From an uncultured Candidatus Saccharibacteria bacterium (GTDB taxonomy: Bacteria; Patescibacteriota; Minisyncoccia; UBA6257; 2-01-FULL-56-20): DNA of 64,000 bases. The position numbers and the translations under genes were made by a program. Each line of letters begins with the position of its first letter. Within the stretch, counting starts at the first letter, position 1. The stretch spans positions 1,310-65,309 of the forward strand of contig CAYXSS010000002.1 in the NCBI GenBank assembly GCA_964467765.1. The letters are read 5' to 3'. The notes below the pieces were generated by a model. That model had not been told where the DNA came from, made no database searches, and saw only the letters and a list, made by a program, of their open reading frames with translations. This document shows, one piece after another, positions 31,726 through 41,179 of this stretch.

Positions 31726-32601
31726 ATGGGTTCTAAAATTTTTTTGGTATTGTTATTCGTCGTTATTCTGGGAGGTGTGGCTTATTTTTTCCGCTCCGGC
31801 GCGCCAAAGACGGCAGTCAGTTTTTTGGATCGTTTCAATTTTGCAAGCAGCACTTCTTATTCCGCTCCGCGTTTCCAATCTCCTTATCCGGAAGTTGCCG
31901 AGCCGCAAAATTTATCAGGGCAAAATCAGCCCGTTCCCGAAATCAAGCCGCCGGATGGTTTTGCCGCAAAAGATCTCTCGCCATATTTCGGCAAAGTTCG
32001 ACTCTCGGTTTCTCTTAGTAAGGCAACCCTTGCCGCAAGCGGTCTTGGAGAGGGGCAGGGAGTTAATGTAAGCGGCTGGAAGATTAAGGGTAATAGCGGC
32101 GAGCTTATAGTTCCCCGCGCCGTGCCTCTTTACGAGCCTTCGGGACTTGGCGTGGAAAACGATGTTATCTTGAAAAACGGCGAAGAGTTTATCGTTTATT
32201 CCGGCCAGAGCGCCATCGGACTCAACCTGCGTCTTAATAAATGCCTTGGATATTTGCAAAATTACAACAGTTTCGATCCACCGCTTCCAACAAACTGCCC
32301 TGCCCCTTCGAGCTATACCGGCTTCTCCGGTTTGAGCGGCAAGTGCCAAGACTATGTAAGCTCATTGGGCGGATGCCGCCTGCCAGAATCAAATCCGGAC
32401 ATTCCGCCGAATGATTACGCCTGCCGCGATTTTTTGGACACGATAAATTACAAAGGCTGTTTTGATAAATATCGTTATGACTCGGATTTTTTCTCCAATG
32501 AGTGGTGGGCCTGGAGCAGTTTGAGTTTTTTGGATGAGCGGCATGACAAAGTTTTGCTCTACGATCAAAAAGGTTTGCTGGCTGATTTATATCAGTATTA
32601 A
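31726..32601 (+). CDS. membrane-anchored Cys-rich hypothetical protein (lamin-tail-like)
   Basis: N-terminal TM, VNVSGWKI, NKCLGY, several Cys, LYDQKG. Confidence 0.7.
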   Translation: MGSKIFLVLLFVVILGGVAYFFRSGAPKTAVSFLDRFNFASSTSYSAPRFQSPYPEVAEPQNLSGQNQPVPEIKPPDGFAAKDLSPYFGKVRLSVSLSKATLAASGLGEGQGVNVSGWKIKGNSGELIVPRAVPLYEPSGLGVENDVILKNGEEFIVYSGQSAIGLNLRLNKCLGYLQNYNSFDPPLPTNCPAPSSYTGFSGLSGKCQDYVSSLGGCRLPESNPDIPPNDYACRDFLDTINYKGCFDKYRYDSDFFSNEWWAWSSLSFLDERHDKVLLYDQKGLLADLYQY

Positions 32602-32661
32602 TAATTAAAAATAGAAAAGCGGAATCCCGAAAATGAACCACCGGCTTTATGCCGAGGAGTT

Positions 32662-33720
32662 TTATTTTCTTTCGGCCAGCACTGCGCTTGTTCTGAATTG
32701 CTTTCCTTCGCGCAAGACGAGCAGCCCCGTTTCCTCGCCCACTCTCATGTTTTCCAAGAAATCCTGGATTGGCTTGTTGCTAAGTTTTTTGCCGGCGAAT
32801 TCGAGAATGATATCTTTTTCTTTGATGCCTGCTTGGTCCGCGGGAGAGCCGGGGACGACGCCGTGGCCCACGTCTTCCGGTCCCTCGCGCATGACAAGCG
32901 CCCCGTAATTTACGGGCAAGCCCATTTTCTCCTTGAGATTGTCATCGATCATCATATAGCGCAGTCCCAGGAACGGCCGCCTGATGCGCCCGTATTTTTT
33001 TATGTCATCCAGATCGCGTCTCGCGGCATTAATTGGTATGGCAAAGCCGATATTCTGCGCGCCGAAAACTATGGCGGCGTTTATGCCGATGGCCTCTCCT
33101 GCCAGATTGACGAGCGGTCCGCCCGAATTGCCGACGTTAATTGCGGCATCAGTTTGGATTAAACCCCTCATTTCCTGCGGAGGAGAGTTTGGTTCCGCTT
33201 GGGCCATGATGGAGCGCGAAAGACCGGAAACTATGCCGGAAGAGACGGTATTTTTGAAAATTCCCAAAGCGTTGCCAATAGCAATGACTTCTTCTCCCAG
33301 GTCGACACTGGTGGCATCACCTAGTCCGACAGTCGGCAGATTCTTGGTCTCGATTTTCAGTATGGCGACGTCGTTGATCGGGTCGCGGCTCAAGATTTTC
33401 GCAGAAAATTTTCTGTCATCGTTCAAAACAACCACATACTCCGCTTTGGGGTCGCCGACGACATGCTTGTTGGTCAAAACAATGCCGCTTGGTTCTACGA
33501 CAAAACCCGACCCGCCGCCGACCTGTATCATGCCGCGCTTGTCGACGAGGAAATCTGGAATCTTGAACTTGCGCATCCCACCCTCGCTGCTGTTACCGCC
33601 TGGTACGTAAAAATCCCTATGTATTTCTCGCTCTACGTCCTTAAGATGCTTAGAGATGACAACAGAGACTACCGCTGGCATGACTTTTTTTATTGTCCCA
33701 ACAATGGAATTTTGCGGCAT
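32662..33720 (-). CDS. htrA: HtrA/DegP-like serine protease with PDZ domain
   Basis: GSGF, TNKHVV, DVAILK, QTDAAINVGNSGGPL, PGSPA; start MPQN at 33720. Confidence 0.92.
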   Translation of the reverse strand: MPQNSIVGTIKKVMPAVVSVVISKHLKDVEREIHRDFYVPGGNSSEGGMRKFKIPDFLVDKRGMIQVGGGSGFVVEPSGIVLTNKHVVGDPKAEYVVVLNDDRKFSAKILSRDPINDVAILKIETKNLPTVGLGDATSVDLGEEVIAIGNALGIFKNTVSSGIVSGLSRSIMAQAEPNSPPQEMRGLIQTDAAINVGNSGGPLVNLAGEAIGINAAIVFGAQNIGFAIPINAARRDLDDIKKYGRIRRPFLGLRYMMIDDNLKEKMGLPVNYGALVMREGPEDVGHGVVPGSPADQAGIKEKDIILEFAGKKLSNKPIQDFLENMRVGEETGLLVLREGKQFRTSAVLAERK

Positions 33721-33824
33721 TGGGTTAATTATAGCATTGTCTGCCGACTGCATATGCCTCGAATTCTAGGCGAATTAGCAAATAGATCGTTGAGGGCTTC
33801 TTGCCAAGCGGCTCTAAAAATCAT

Positions 33825-34010
33825 TGGCGGTGGGTGGAGGCGCTGCGCTATTCGAACGCTCTCGTTTCACTCGCTTTTCAAAACCCTCGGTTTTGAATCC
33901 GCTCCGCTCATTCCTACACGGGAAACTCCCGTTTCCCGACCCCTTCACGTTCGAATCCTCTCGTCCATAATGCGACAAAAATTATGGCATGAAACCATTA
34001 TTTTTGTCGA
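33825..34010 (-). repeat. tRNA-associated mini-element ending in a duplicate tRNA-Ser 3' end with CCA
   Basis: minus strand CCTCCACCCACCGCCA at 33825-33840, inverted T-loop copies, internal hairpins. Confidence 0.65.
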
Positions 34011-34012
34011 TG

Positions 34013-34099
34013 CGGTGGGTGGAGGATTCGAACCTCCGAGGGGATTTCTCCCCAACCGCATTTCGAGTGCGGCGCGTTAGACCACTCTGCCAACCCACC
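34013..34099 (-). tRNA. tRNA-Ser(CGA)
   Basis: GGTGGGT/ACCCACC acceptor, CCGCA-CTCGAAA-TGCGG anticodon arm, long variable arm, GGAGG-TTCGAAT-CCTCC T arm. Confidence 0.95.
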
Positions 34100-34210
34100 G
34101 AGCAATCTTCTTATAGGCATTTTACATCCCGCGGCTGTATTTGACAAGCTATTATAATTATGCTACAATGCCAGTAGCATGATTGTAAAAGATCGGGAAA
34201 GGAGTAGGGA

Positions 34211-34553
34211 TATGAAAAAGAGAGCGTTTGGTTCGCTCTCGGGGCTTTTCGGAGCCTTGAGAGGAATCGTCAGAAGTTGGGTTTTCGGCAAGAACGATGT
34301 CCGTGGCAACATCGAGCTGGCCGAAGAAAAAGCCGAGCAGGTCGAGCAGGCGTACCAGAAGGTCGTTTACTGGCAACCCGGCCCACAAGAGAGGGTTTTG
34401 TACCTCACCAACGGCGGTGGGACGCTCGTTGCCCGTTTCATGGGATCGGACGGCAAAACGGTTCTCTTGCGTCGCAGGGGCTATCGGCAGATCATCTTTA
34501 CGACTGCGGATCGCATCCGGCCGCGGCAGCAAAATGCCGCCACATCTGCCTGA
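34211..34553 (+). CDS. hypothetical protein
   Basis: AAGGAG SD, upstream TTGACA, ORF divergent from tRNA-Ser. Confidence 0.55.
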
Positions 34554-34591
34554 TCGAAACAACCAACAGGCCTCGGCGAACGCCGAGGCTT

Positions 34592-36343
34592 TCAAATTAT
34601 TTTGTTATCAATTTCTTTCCTAATCCTCTCTATAGTTTTTTCCAGCTTTATTTCTCCTTCCTGCCCGCGGCGGTAGTTCCGGACGTTAACCGTTCCATTT
34701 TTCTCTTCCTGTTCGCCAACCACTAAAACATAGGGAATCTTCGTAATCTCGGCGTCGCGGATGCGTTTGCCAACGGTTAGGTTTTCGTCGCTTAGTTCGG
34801 CCCGGATGCCGGCTTCCCGCAAAACACGATAAATTTTTTCCGCGTATTTTCTCTGCGACGCGCCTACGTTTATTATTTCCGCTTGCACCGGTGAAAGCCA
34901 CAAAGGTAGCCGCCCTTCGAAATGTTCCAAGATGATGCCGATGAAGCGCTCGAATGTTCCGAGTATTGCCCGATGGATCATAACCGGTCGTTCCTTGCTG
35001 CCCTTGTCGCTCACATAAAAAAGACCGAATCTTTCCGGATTGTTGAAATCGAGCTGAATTGTGGCGACGGTCCATTCGCGGCCGAGAGAATCTTTGGTGT
35101 TGATATCTATTTTCGGTCCGTAAAACGCGCCATCTTTCGGCTTCGTTGCGTATTTGATGCCGGAGTTTTTGAGTACGTGTTCGAGCGCTGCCTCGGCTTT
35201 CTGCCAGAGTTCGGGATCTCCCATTGATTTATCCGGCTTTGTGGCGAGATTGAACGAAAGCGGCAAGTCGAAAGTTTTATACACCTCTTTGACAAGCTCG
35301 ATCAGATTTTTGACTTCATCCTCGATTTGGTCCGGGCGGCAATAAATATGGGCATCGTCTTGGCTCATTTGGCGCACGCGGAAAAGGCCGCCGAGCGTTC
35401 CCGAAAGTTCGTTCCGGTGCAGGCGGTCGGTAATTTCCGAGAGTCGCAGAGGCAGGTCGCGCCACGATCTCACGCGGAATTTATAAATATAGGTGCTCTC
35501 CGGGCAGTTCATCGGTTTCAGAACATAAACTTCTTTCTGTTCTCCCGGCGGGGAGAAATAAAACATATTTTCGCGGTAGTTGGCGAAGTGACCCGATTTT
35601 TCAAAAACTCCTTTTTTGACCATTACCGGCGTCGACACTTCTTCATATCCCTCGCGATCCAATTTTTCGCGCATTAATTTTTCAAGCTCCCGCCAGATGA
35701 TCATTCCTTTTCCGTGCCAAAAAGCCGCGCCGGGAGCCATGTCTTCAAAATGGAAAAGATCCAGCCGTTCGCCCAATTTCCTGTGGTCGCGCTTTTCCGC
35801 TTCGGCGCGCATTTTGATAAACTCATCCAGTTCTTTTTTGCCCGCGAAAGCCAGGCCGTAAATCCTTTGCAGCTGCGGATTTTTTTCGTCGCCGCGCCAG
35901 TATGCCGCAGCCAACCTATCGAGCTTGAAGCTGCCCCCCGGAATTTCCGAAGTGTTTTTTACGTGTCCGCCTCGGCACAAATCGAAAAATGCTTCGCCGG
36001 TATAATAGGCGGTCAATTGTTTCTTCTCGCCGACGAATTCTTTTATCAGATCCAGCTTGAACGGCTGCTCGGAGAAAAGTTTTTTTGCCGCCGCCGCCGT
36101 CAACTTTTTTCCGGAGAAAGGCAGTTTTTGCGCGATAAGCTCGCGCATCGTTTTCTCGAACTCCAACAAATCCTCCGGCGTAAGCGAGCGCGGCAAAAGG
36201 AAGTCATAATAAAATCCGTTCTCGATCGTCGGTCCGATGCCGAGTTTTGCATCGGGAAATTTTTTAAGCACGGCGGCGGCCAAAAGATGCGCCAGCGAGT
36301 GACGGACGTTTTCTATGGACTTCGAGGATTTTTTGCCGGACAT
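34592..36343 (-). CDS. thrS: threonine--tRNA ligase (no N-terminal TGS domain)
   Basis: RHSLAH, DLCRGGH, RDHRKLG, KPMNCP, QDDAH, GAFYGPKID, HRAILG. Confidence 0.97.
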   Translation of the reverse strand: MSGKKSSKSIENVRHSLAHLLAAAVLKKFPDAKLGIGPTIENGFYYDFLLPRSLTPEDLLEFEKTMRELIAQKLPFSGKKLTAAAAKKLFSEQPFKLDLIKEFVGEKKQLTAYYTGEAFFDLCRGGHVKNTSEIPGGSFKLDRLAAAYWRGDEKNPQLQRIYGLAFAGKKELDEFIKMRAEAEKRDHRKLGERLDLFHFEDMAPGAAFWHGKGMIIWRELEKLMREKLDREGYEEVSTPVMVKKGVFEKSGHFANYRENMFYFSPPGEQKEVYVLKPMNCPESTYIYKFRVRSWRDLPLRLSEITDRLHRNELSGTLGGLFRVRQMSQDDAHIYCRPDQIEDEVKNLIELVKEVYKTFDLPLSFNLATKPDKSMGDPELWQKAEAALEHVLKNSGIKYATKPKDGAFYGPKIDINTKDSLGREWTVATIQLDFNNPERFGLFYVSDKGSKERPVMIHRAILGTFERFIGIILEHFEGRLPLWLSPVQAEIINVGASQRKYAEKIYRVLREAGIRAELSDENLTVGKRIRDAEITKIPYVLVVGEQEEKNGTVNVRNYRRGQEGEIKLEKTIERIRKEIDNKII

Positions 36344-36372
36344 ATGAGTTATTATATGGCCGGCCGAGCGGT

Positions 36373-36427
36373 TTGACAAATAATTTTATATATACTATTA
36401 TGTGATTAGCGCGGGAGAAATCCCGCG
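36373..36427 (+). promoter_or_regulatory. promoter and 5' leader GAAA hairpin of DGR target 1
   Basis: TTGACA-17-TATTAT; CGCGGGA-GAAA-TCCCGCG at 36410-36427. Confidence 0.65.
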
Positions 36428-36455
36428 ACTTTGAAAAGAAAGGTAGGAACTGTCC

Positions 36456-37181
36456 ATGAAAAATCGTGGAACTGTCCAACCGGCAACACACGGCCAAGTA
36501 AGAGAGGTTCTTTCAACCATGATCCAGGCGGTGCCTGATCTCTCTGCCGAGGAGACGCAATACTGGATCGGCAACAAGCGGAAGCTGCAGTCGGAGATAC
36601 GCAAGATTTTCAAACCAGCGGACCTTCTCTCCAACGTTCGCGCCGAGCACGAACGCTTCTACCGCGAGGAGCTCGGCATGGAAGTCGACTTTTCTGGCGT
36701 CCGCGTCCCGGACGAGCCGGGCGGCTTCGACCGCGTGCTTATCGTGGCCAAAGGGCTCACGATCGAGCGCGTGATCGCCGCCTGCCGCCGCCACTTTGCG
36801 GTGAGCACGTATCGCGATAACCTCTCTGATGCCGACATGAAGTCGAACGAACGCACGCCCGCGGAAGGGCACTACGCCATCCGCGTGCGCAACCGTGAGG
36901 AAGCAGACGAGGAGCTCAAAAACCTCTCGGCCGAAGACGTCCTTGCCCGCAGCCTCAAGACCGAAACGCTCCTCGAGCGCCTGCTCCACGAGCTCAAGTA
37001 CTTCCGGGAAACCGGAAAACATTTGGACGCGGACAACTGGACGCTCTGTTCAGGTTCGCGGATTTCCTATGGCTGCGTGCCGCGCGTGGGCTGGAACAGG
37101 TGGGACCGCGGGCTCTGCGTGTACTGGGCCAACCGGTCGCACCGGCACGGCGATCTGCGCCCTCGGGCGGTTTCTGTCTAA
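36456..37181 (+). CDS. DGR target-like protein 1 (C-terminal CLec-type variable region)
   Basis: C-terminus WTLCSGSR..GxVPxVxW...LxVxW.....xDLRPRAV matches the CPR DGR variable-protein pattern; downstream hairpin. Confidence 0.8.
   Translation: MKNRGTVQPATHGQVREVLSTMIQAVPDLSAEETQYWIGNKRKLQSEIRKIFKPADLLSNVRAEHERFYREELGMEVDFSGVRVPDEPGGFDRVLIVAKGLTIERVIAACRRHFAVSTYRDNLSDADMKSNERTPAEGHYAIRVRNREEADEELKNLSAEDVLARSLKTETLLERLLHELKYFRETGKHLDADNWTLCSGSRISYGCVPRVGWNRWDRGLCVYWANRSHRHGDLRPRAVSV
36645..37171 (+). repeat. 527-bp direct repeat, copy 1
   Basis: identical by inspection to 40439-40965 (offset 3794). Confidence 0.95.
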
Positions 37182-37210
37182 CCCTCGTAACTCAAACCTC
37201 TAACCCTTGG

Positions 37211-37230
37211 GGCCCAACATCTGTTGGGCC
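37211..37230 (+). other. hairpin downstream of variable region 1
   Basis: GGCCCAACA-TC-TGTTGGGCC, 40 nt after repeat end. Confidence 0.7.
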
Positions 37231-37311
37231 TCGAATTTTTTATAAAAACATTGCCCGACGACCGGCTTTCTTATATCATAAAAGCAGTTTTTCGAAAGAG
37301 GATATTGGGCG

Positions 37312-38193
37312 ATGAAAGCACGCGCAGCGATTTTGTTCTTCTTTCTATCGTTCGGCGCAATTTCTTTTGCCGACGAACGGTTTGAAAATGCCAAAAAGCT
37401 TTATGAAGAGACGAAATATAAGGAATCGTTGCAGTTTCTCGACGAGAAGAGCGGTGACCAGGAAACAATATTACTTCTGGGCAAAAATTATTACCAATTA
37501 GGCGAAGCGGACAAGGATAACTATAAAACAGCGACGGATTTTTTTGAGAAAGCGGCGAACATCAATCCCAGAAACGCCGAGTACCTTTTGTGGCTTGGTA
37601 AAGCTTGGGGGCGCAGAGCAGAAACAGCCGGATTTTTGGGAAAATTGAAAGTTATAAGCTATGCGGGCAAAGCCAGGCAATATTTTGAGGCTGCGCATTC
37701 GGCCGATCCGAAAAACCATGAGGCTGCCTGGGTGACTTTCCTGTATTACCTTGAAGCCCCTGGTTTTTTGGGCGGCGGGATAGACAAGGCGAAAATTATT
37801 TCTGGAGAAATCGCGAAACTCGATGCGGCAGAAGGTGAATGCACGCTTGCTTTTCTCGAAGAAAAGCGTAAAAACTTCTCCGGCGCGAAAGCACATTGGT
37901 TAGATGCGATAAAAATCAATCCGTCGAATACGATTATAGCCGTCGAGTACGCAAAGTTTTTGAAAAGGCACAAGGATTACGGCGAGGCGGAAGTTGTTCT
38001 TATTGGGCGAAGATTTGAAGCCCCGAACACCCCGAGCGTTAACTTCGAGCTTGCCAGATTGTATTTCGAAACCGGCCGCAGGAACGAAGCCAGGGAAATA
38101 TTGGAGAAATATATTAACCCCGATCTTACTCCTCTTACCCCCGAAGACCCGTCGCGGTTTGAAGCGGAAAAGTTGTTAAAGAAGATTTCTTAG
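37312..38193 (+). CDS. secreted tetratricopeptide repeat protein
   Basis: signal peptide, TPR helices (LLGKNYY, NPRNAEYLLWLG), YLEAPGFLGGG. Confidence 0.85.
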   Translation: MKARAAILFFFLSFGAISFADERFENAKKLYEETKYKESLQFLDEKSGDQETILLLGKNYYQLGEADKDNYKTATDFFEKAANINPRNAEYLLWLGKAWGRRAETAGFLGKLKVISYAGKARQYFEAAHSADPKNHEAAWVTFLYYLEAPGFLGGGIDKAKIISGEIAKLDAAEGECTLAFLEEKRKNFSGAKAHWLDAIKINPSNTIIAVEYAKFLKRHKDYGEAEVVLIGRRFEAPNTPSVNFELARLYFETGRRNEAREILEKYINPDLTPLTPEDPSRFEAEKLLKKIS

Positions 38194-38266
38194 TGTTTTT
38201 CTCCGCGAGACAATGTGTCTCGCGTTTTGCTTTCGCATACGAAGGCGATTGTATATGATTAATACT

Positions 38267-39574
38267 ATGTTGGACGCAAAAATCATCAGAGAACAGCCGG
38301 ATAGAGTAAAGGAATACATCAAAACCAAAAATGCCGACCCAAAGCTCGTCGACAATTTTCTCGATCTCGACAAAAAATGGCGGGAGCTGACCGCGCTTCT
38401 AGATAATTTGCGCGCCGGGCAGAAAAAATTGAGCGAAAACCGCGATATTGATGGCGCGAGAAAAAACAAAGAAGAAATAAAATCGCTCGAAGCGCAGCTG
38501 CCCGACGTGGAAAAAGAAAGGGAGCTTGTTTGGGCGCAGATTCCGAATTTGCCCGATGCGGATGTACCCGTGGGCAAGGACGAAAAAGGAAACAAAGTTT
38601 TGCGGAAATGGGGCGAGCCGAAAAAATTTGATTTCAAACTACTCGATCACATGGAGTTGGGAACAAAGCTCGGTTTGATCGACACGGAGAAGGCGGCAAA
38701 AGTTTCCGGCGCGCGCTTCGGATATTTTATGCGCGAGGCGGCGCTCTTGGAGTTTGCCATCGTCGAGCACGCCTTAGGCGTTTTGACTGACGAGAAAATA
38801 TTAAAAACGCTGGCCGAAAAAATTACCAAGGGGTACTCCGCCAAGCCCTTTGTGCCCGTGATACCGCCGGTAATGATCCGGCCGGAAGTTTTCCGCCGCA
38901 TGGGTCGGCTCGACCCCGGGCAGGAAGAAGAAAGGTATTACTTGCCTAAAGATGATTTATACCTCGTCGGTTCAGCCGAGCACACCCTCGGGCCGCTTCA
39001 CATGGACGAGACGATTCCAGAAGAAAATTTGCCGCTTCGCTACGTCGGTTTTTCCACATCTTTCCGGCGCGAGGCTGGTTCTTACGGAAAAGATACGCGC
39101 GGCATGCTCCGCGTCCACCAGTTCGACAAAATTGAAATCGAATCTTTCACCGCGCCGGAAAATTCTCGCAAAGAACAAGATTTCATCGTTTCGATTCAGG
39201 AGTATCTGATGCAATCCCTCGAACTTCCTTATCTGGTCGTCGCCATTTGCACTGGCGATATGGGCGGGCCGGACGCGCGGCAAATTGACATCGAAACCTG
39301 GTTGCCCGGGCAAGGCAAATACCGCGAAACGCATACCTCGGACATGATGACTGATTACCAGTCGCGGCGATTGGGAACAAAAGTGCGCCGCGCCGGCCCC
39401 TCGGCAGCACTCGGGGCAGGCGGCAAGACGGAATTCGTCCACATGAACGACGCCACGGTTTTCGCCATCGGCCGGATTTTGATCGCCATCATGGAAAATT
39501 ACCAGACAAAAGAGGGCAAAATTAACGTGCCGAAGGTTTTGCAAAAGTATCTCGGAAAGAAAGTAATCGGTTAG
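38267..39574 (+). CDS. serS: serine--tRNA ligase
   Basis: MLDAK, IPNLP, GSAEH, FRREAG, RVHQFDKIE, DYQSRR. Confidence 0.96.
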   Translation: MLDAKIIREQPDRVKEYIKTKNADPKLVDNFLDLDKKWRELTALLDNLRAGQKKLSENRDIDGARKNKEEIKSLEAQLPDVEKERELVWAQIPNLPDADVPVGKDEKGNKVLRKWGEPKKFDFKLLDHMELGTKLGLIDTEKAAKVSGARFGYFMREAALLEFAIVEHALGVLTDEKILKTLAEKITKGYSAKPFVPVIPPVMIRPEVFRRMGRLDPGQEEERYYLPKDDLYLVGSAEHTLGPLHMDETIPEENLPLRYVGFSTSFRREAGSYGKDTRGMLRVHQFDKIEIESFTAPENSRKEQDFIVSIQEYLMQSLELPYLVVAICTGDMGGPDARQIDIETWLPGQGKYRETHTSDMMTDYQSRRLGTKVRRAGPSAALGAGGKTEFVHMNDATVFAIGRILIAIMENYQTKEGKINVPKVLQKYLGKKVIG

Positions 39575-39654
39575 GCGCTGGCCGGTAGGCGACGGTTGGT
39601 TGGCGCTTGTCGGCTGCCGATTGCTAATCGAGCACAAACTGTTGATTTTCCCTA

Positions 39655-40011
39655 TTCTAATTCGCGCGAATAGAAAAATAAGGTATGATATAAGATATTT
39701 AAGATAATGGAGCTGATACTTGAGCAATGAAACAATTGGAAAAAATTTTCAAAGGATTGGCGAATCGGCGGCGGCTTGCGATAATCGCGCTTTTGAGCCG
39801 CAAAAAAGAAATGGCCGTGGCCGACATCGCCGACGAGATTGGTCTTTCGTTCACCGCTACCTCCAAACACTTAGGTATTTTGCGCAACCTTGATATTCTC
39901 GATCGTAGGCAGGAGAGCTTGACGGTTTATTATCGTTTGGCGAATCCTTTGCCTCCGGTCATAAAATTACTTCTCTCAACCATTTCTAATTCGCGCGAAT
40001 AGGAAAATAAG
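39655..40011 (+). repeat. 28-bp direct repeats (39655-39682, 39984-40011) flanking the ArsR gene
   Basis: TTCTAATTCGCGCGAATAG(A/G)AAAATAAG, with palindromic core ATTCGCGCGAAT. Confidence 0.85.
39727..40002 (+). CDS. ArsR/SmtB family winged-helix regulator
   Basis: FKGLANRRRLAII..L, V.DIA, TSKHL..L, VYYRL. Confidence 0.9.
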   Translation: MKQLEKIFKGLANRRRLAIIALLSRKKEMAVADIADEIGLSFTATSKHLGILRNLDILDRRQESLTVYYRLANPLPPVIKLLLSTISNSRE

Positions 40012-40178
40012 ATGACAGGAATAAGATAATAGGAAAATAAGGGGTGGGAAAATAGGGAGAAGGAGCAGAAAGTAGAGGCAGGAAAATAATGGGCAAAAAT
40101 AATCTTTTGATTGGGCGGCGAATCGAGCCATTACGATTGCTTGATAAATCTGGCGCCGGATTGAGCCACTGCAAAAAT

Positions 40179-40234
40179 TTGACAAAATAGCAAAAACCAT
40201 GCTATAATGGATTTAGCGCCTGAGAAATCCGGCG
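40179..40234 (+). promoter_or_regulatory. promoter and 5' leader GAAA hairpin of DGR target 2
   Basis: TTGACA-18-TATAAT with TG; CGCCTGA-GAAA-TCCGGCG at 40217-40234. Confidence 0.65.
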
Positions 40235-40252
40235 ACTTCACAAAACAAAAGG

Positions 40253-40975
40253 ATGCTGACCATGAAGAAGGAAATGGTCGGTTGTGCGTCGGGGAAACCT
40301 GACGTGCGGGAAGTAACGAAGGTTTTGGCGGACATCGCCGTCAAAATCGGCAACGGAACGATCTCTCTCGACGAAGCCAAGGCATTCGCGGTGCGCAAGC
40401 AGCCGTTTACGGGGCGCATCTCGAAGGTCTTGCGGGAGGAGCACGAACGCTTCTACCGCGAGGAGCTCGGCATGGAAGTCGACTTTTCTGGCGTCCGCGT
40501 CCCGGACGAGCCGGGCGGCTTCGACCGCGTGCTTATCGTGGCCAAAGGGCTCACGATCGAGCGCGTGATCGCCGCCTGCCGCCGCCACTTTGCGGTGAGC
40601 ACGTATCGCGATAACCTCTCTGATGCCGACATGAAGTCGAACGAACGCACGCCCGCGGAAGGGCACTACGCCATCCGCGTGCGCAACCGTGAGGAAGCAG
40701 ACGAGGAGCTCAAAAACCTCTCGGCCGAAGACGTCCTTGCCCGCAGCCTCAAGACCGAAACGCTCCTCGAGCGCCTGCTCCACGAGCTCAAGTACTTCCG
40801 GGAAACCGGAAAACATTTGGACGCGGACAACTGGACGCTCTGTTCAGGTTCGCGGATTTCCTATGGCTGCGTGCCGCGCGTGGGCTGGAACAGGTGGGAC
40901 CGCGGGCTCTGCGTGTACTGGGCCAACCGGTCGCACCGGCACGGCGATCTGCGCCCTCGGGCGGTAGTCTTGTAA
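40253..40975 (+). CDS. DGR target-like protein 2
   Basis: different N-terminus, about 175 C-terminal aa identical to target 1. Confidence 0.8.
   Translation: MLTMKKEMVGCASGKPDVREVTKVLADIAVKIGNGTISLDEAKAFAVRKQPFTGRISKVLREEHERFYREELGMEVDFSGVRVPDEPGGFDRVLIVAKGLTIERVIAACRRHFAVSTYRDNLSDADMKSNERTPAEGHYAIRVRNREEADEELKNLSAEDVLARSLKTETLLERLLHELKYFRETGKHLDADNWTLCSGSRISYGCVPRVGWNRWDRGLCVYWANRSHRHGDLRPRAVVL
40439..40965 (+). repeat. 527-bp direct repeat, copy 2
   Basis: identical by inspection to 36645-37171. Confidence 0.95.
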
Positions 40976-41004
40976 GTAACCCTAGAACTTTGTTCCTCCA
41001 ACCC

Positions 41005-41031
41005 TTGTGGCTCGACCTTGTCGAGCCACAA
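41005..41031 (+). other. hairpin downstream of variable region 2
   Basis: TTGTGGCTCGAC-CTT-GTCGAGCCACAA, 40 nt after repeat end. Confidence 0.7.
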
Positions 41032-41179
41032 TTTTTTCAATAGACTCAAATCGGCTAATACAACCGGCCGAGCGCATAAATTTTTGTGCGTTCGACAGCG
41101 GTTTGCCACAGTACGAAGGAAACTGCTTATCCGTTTTTAGTGAGGATTGTTTTTTGGCATGCCTCAAAATACAAACTGA

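Noticed and set aside
33463-34080. 205-aa + strand ORF
   Set aside because: Antisense to htrA and tRNA-Ser and runs through repeat DNA.
40001-40105. CRISPR array
   Set aside because: Repeats are only about 9 nt, irregularly spaced, with no cas genes.
36513-40816. Duplicated minus-strand ORFs (36513-37022, 40238-40816)
   Set aside because: Shadow frames of the GC-rich target genes.
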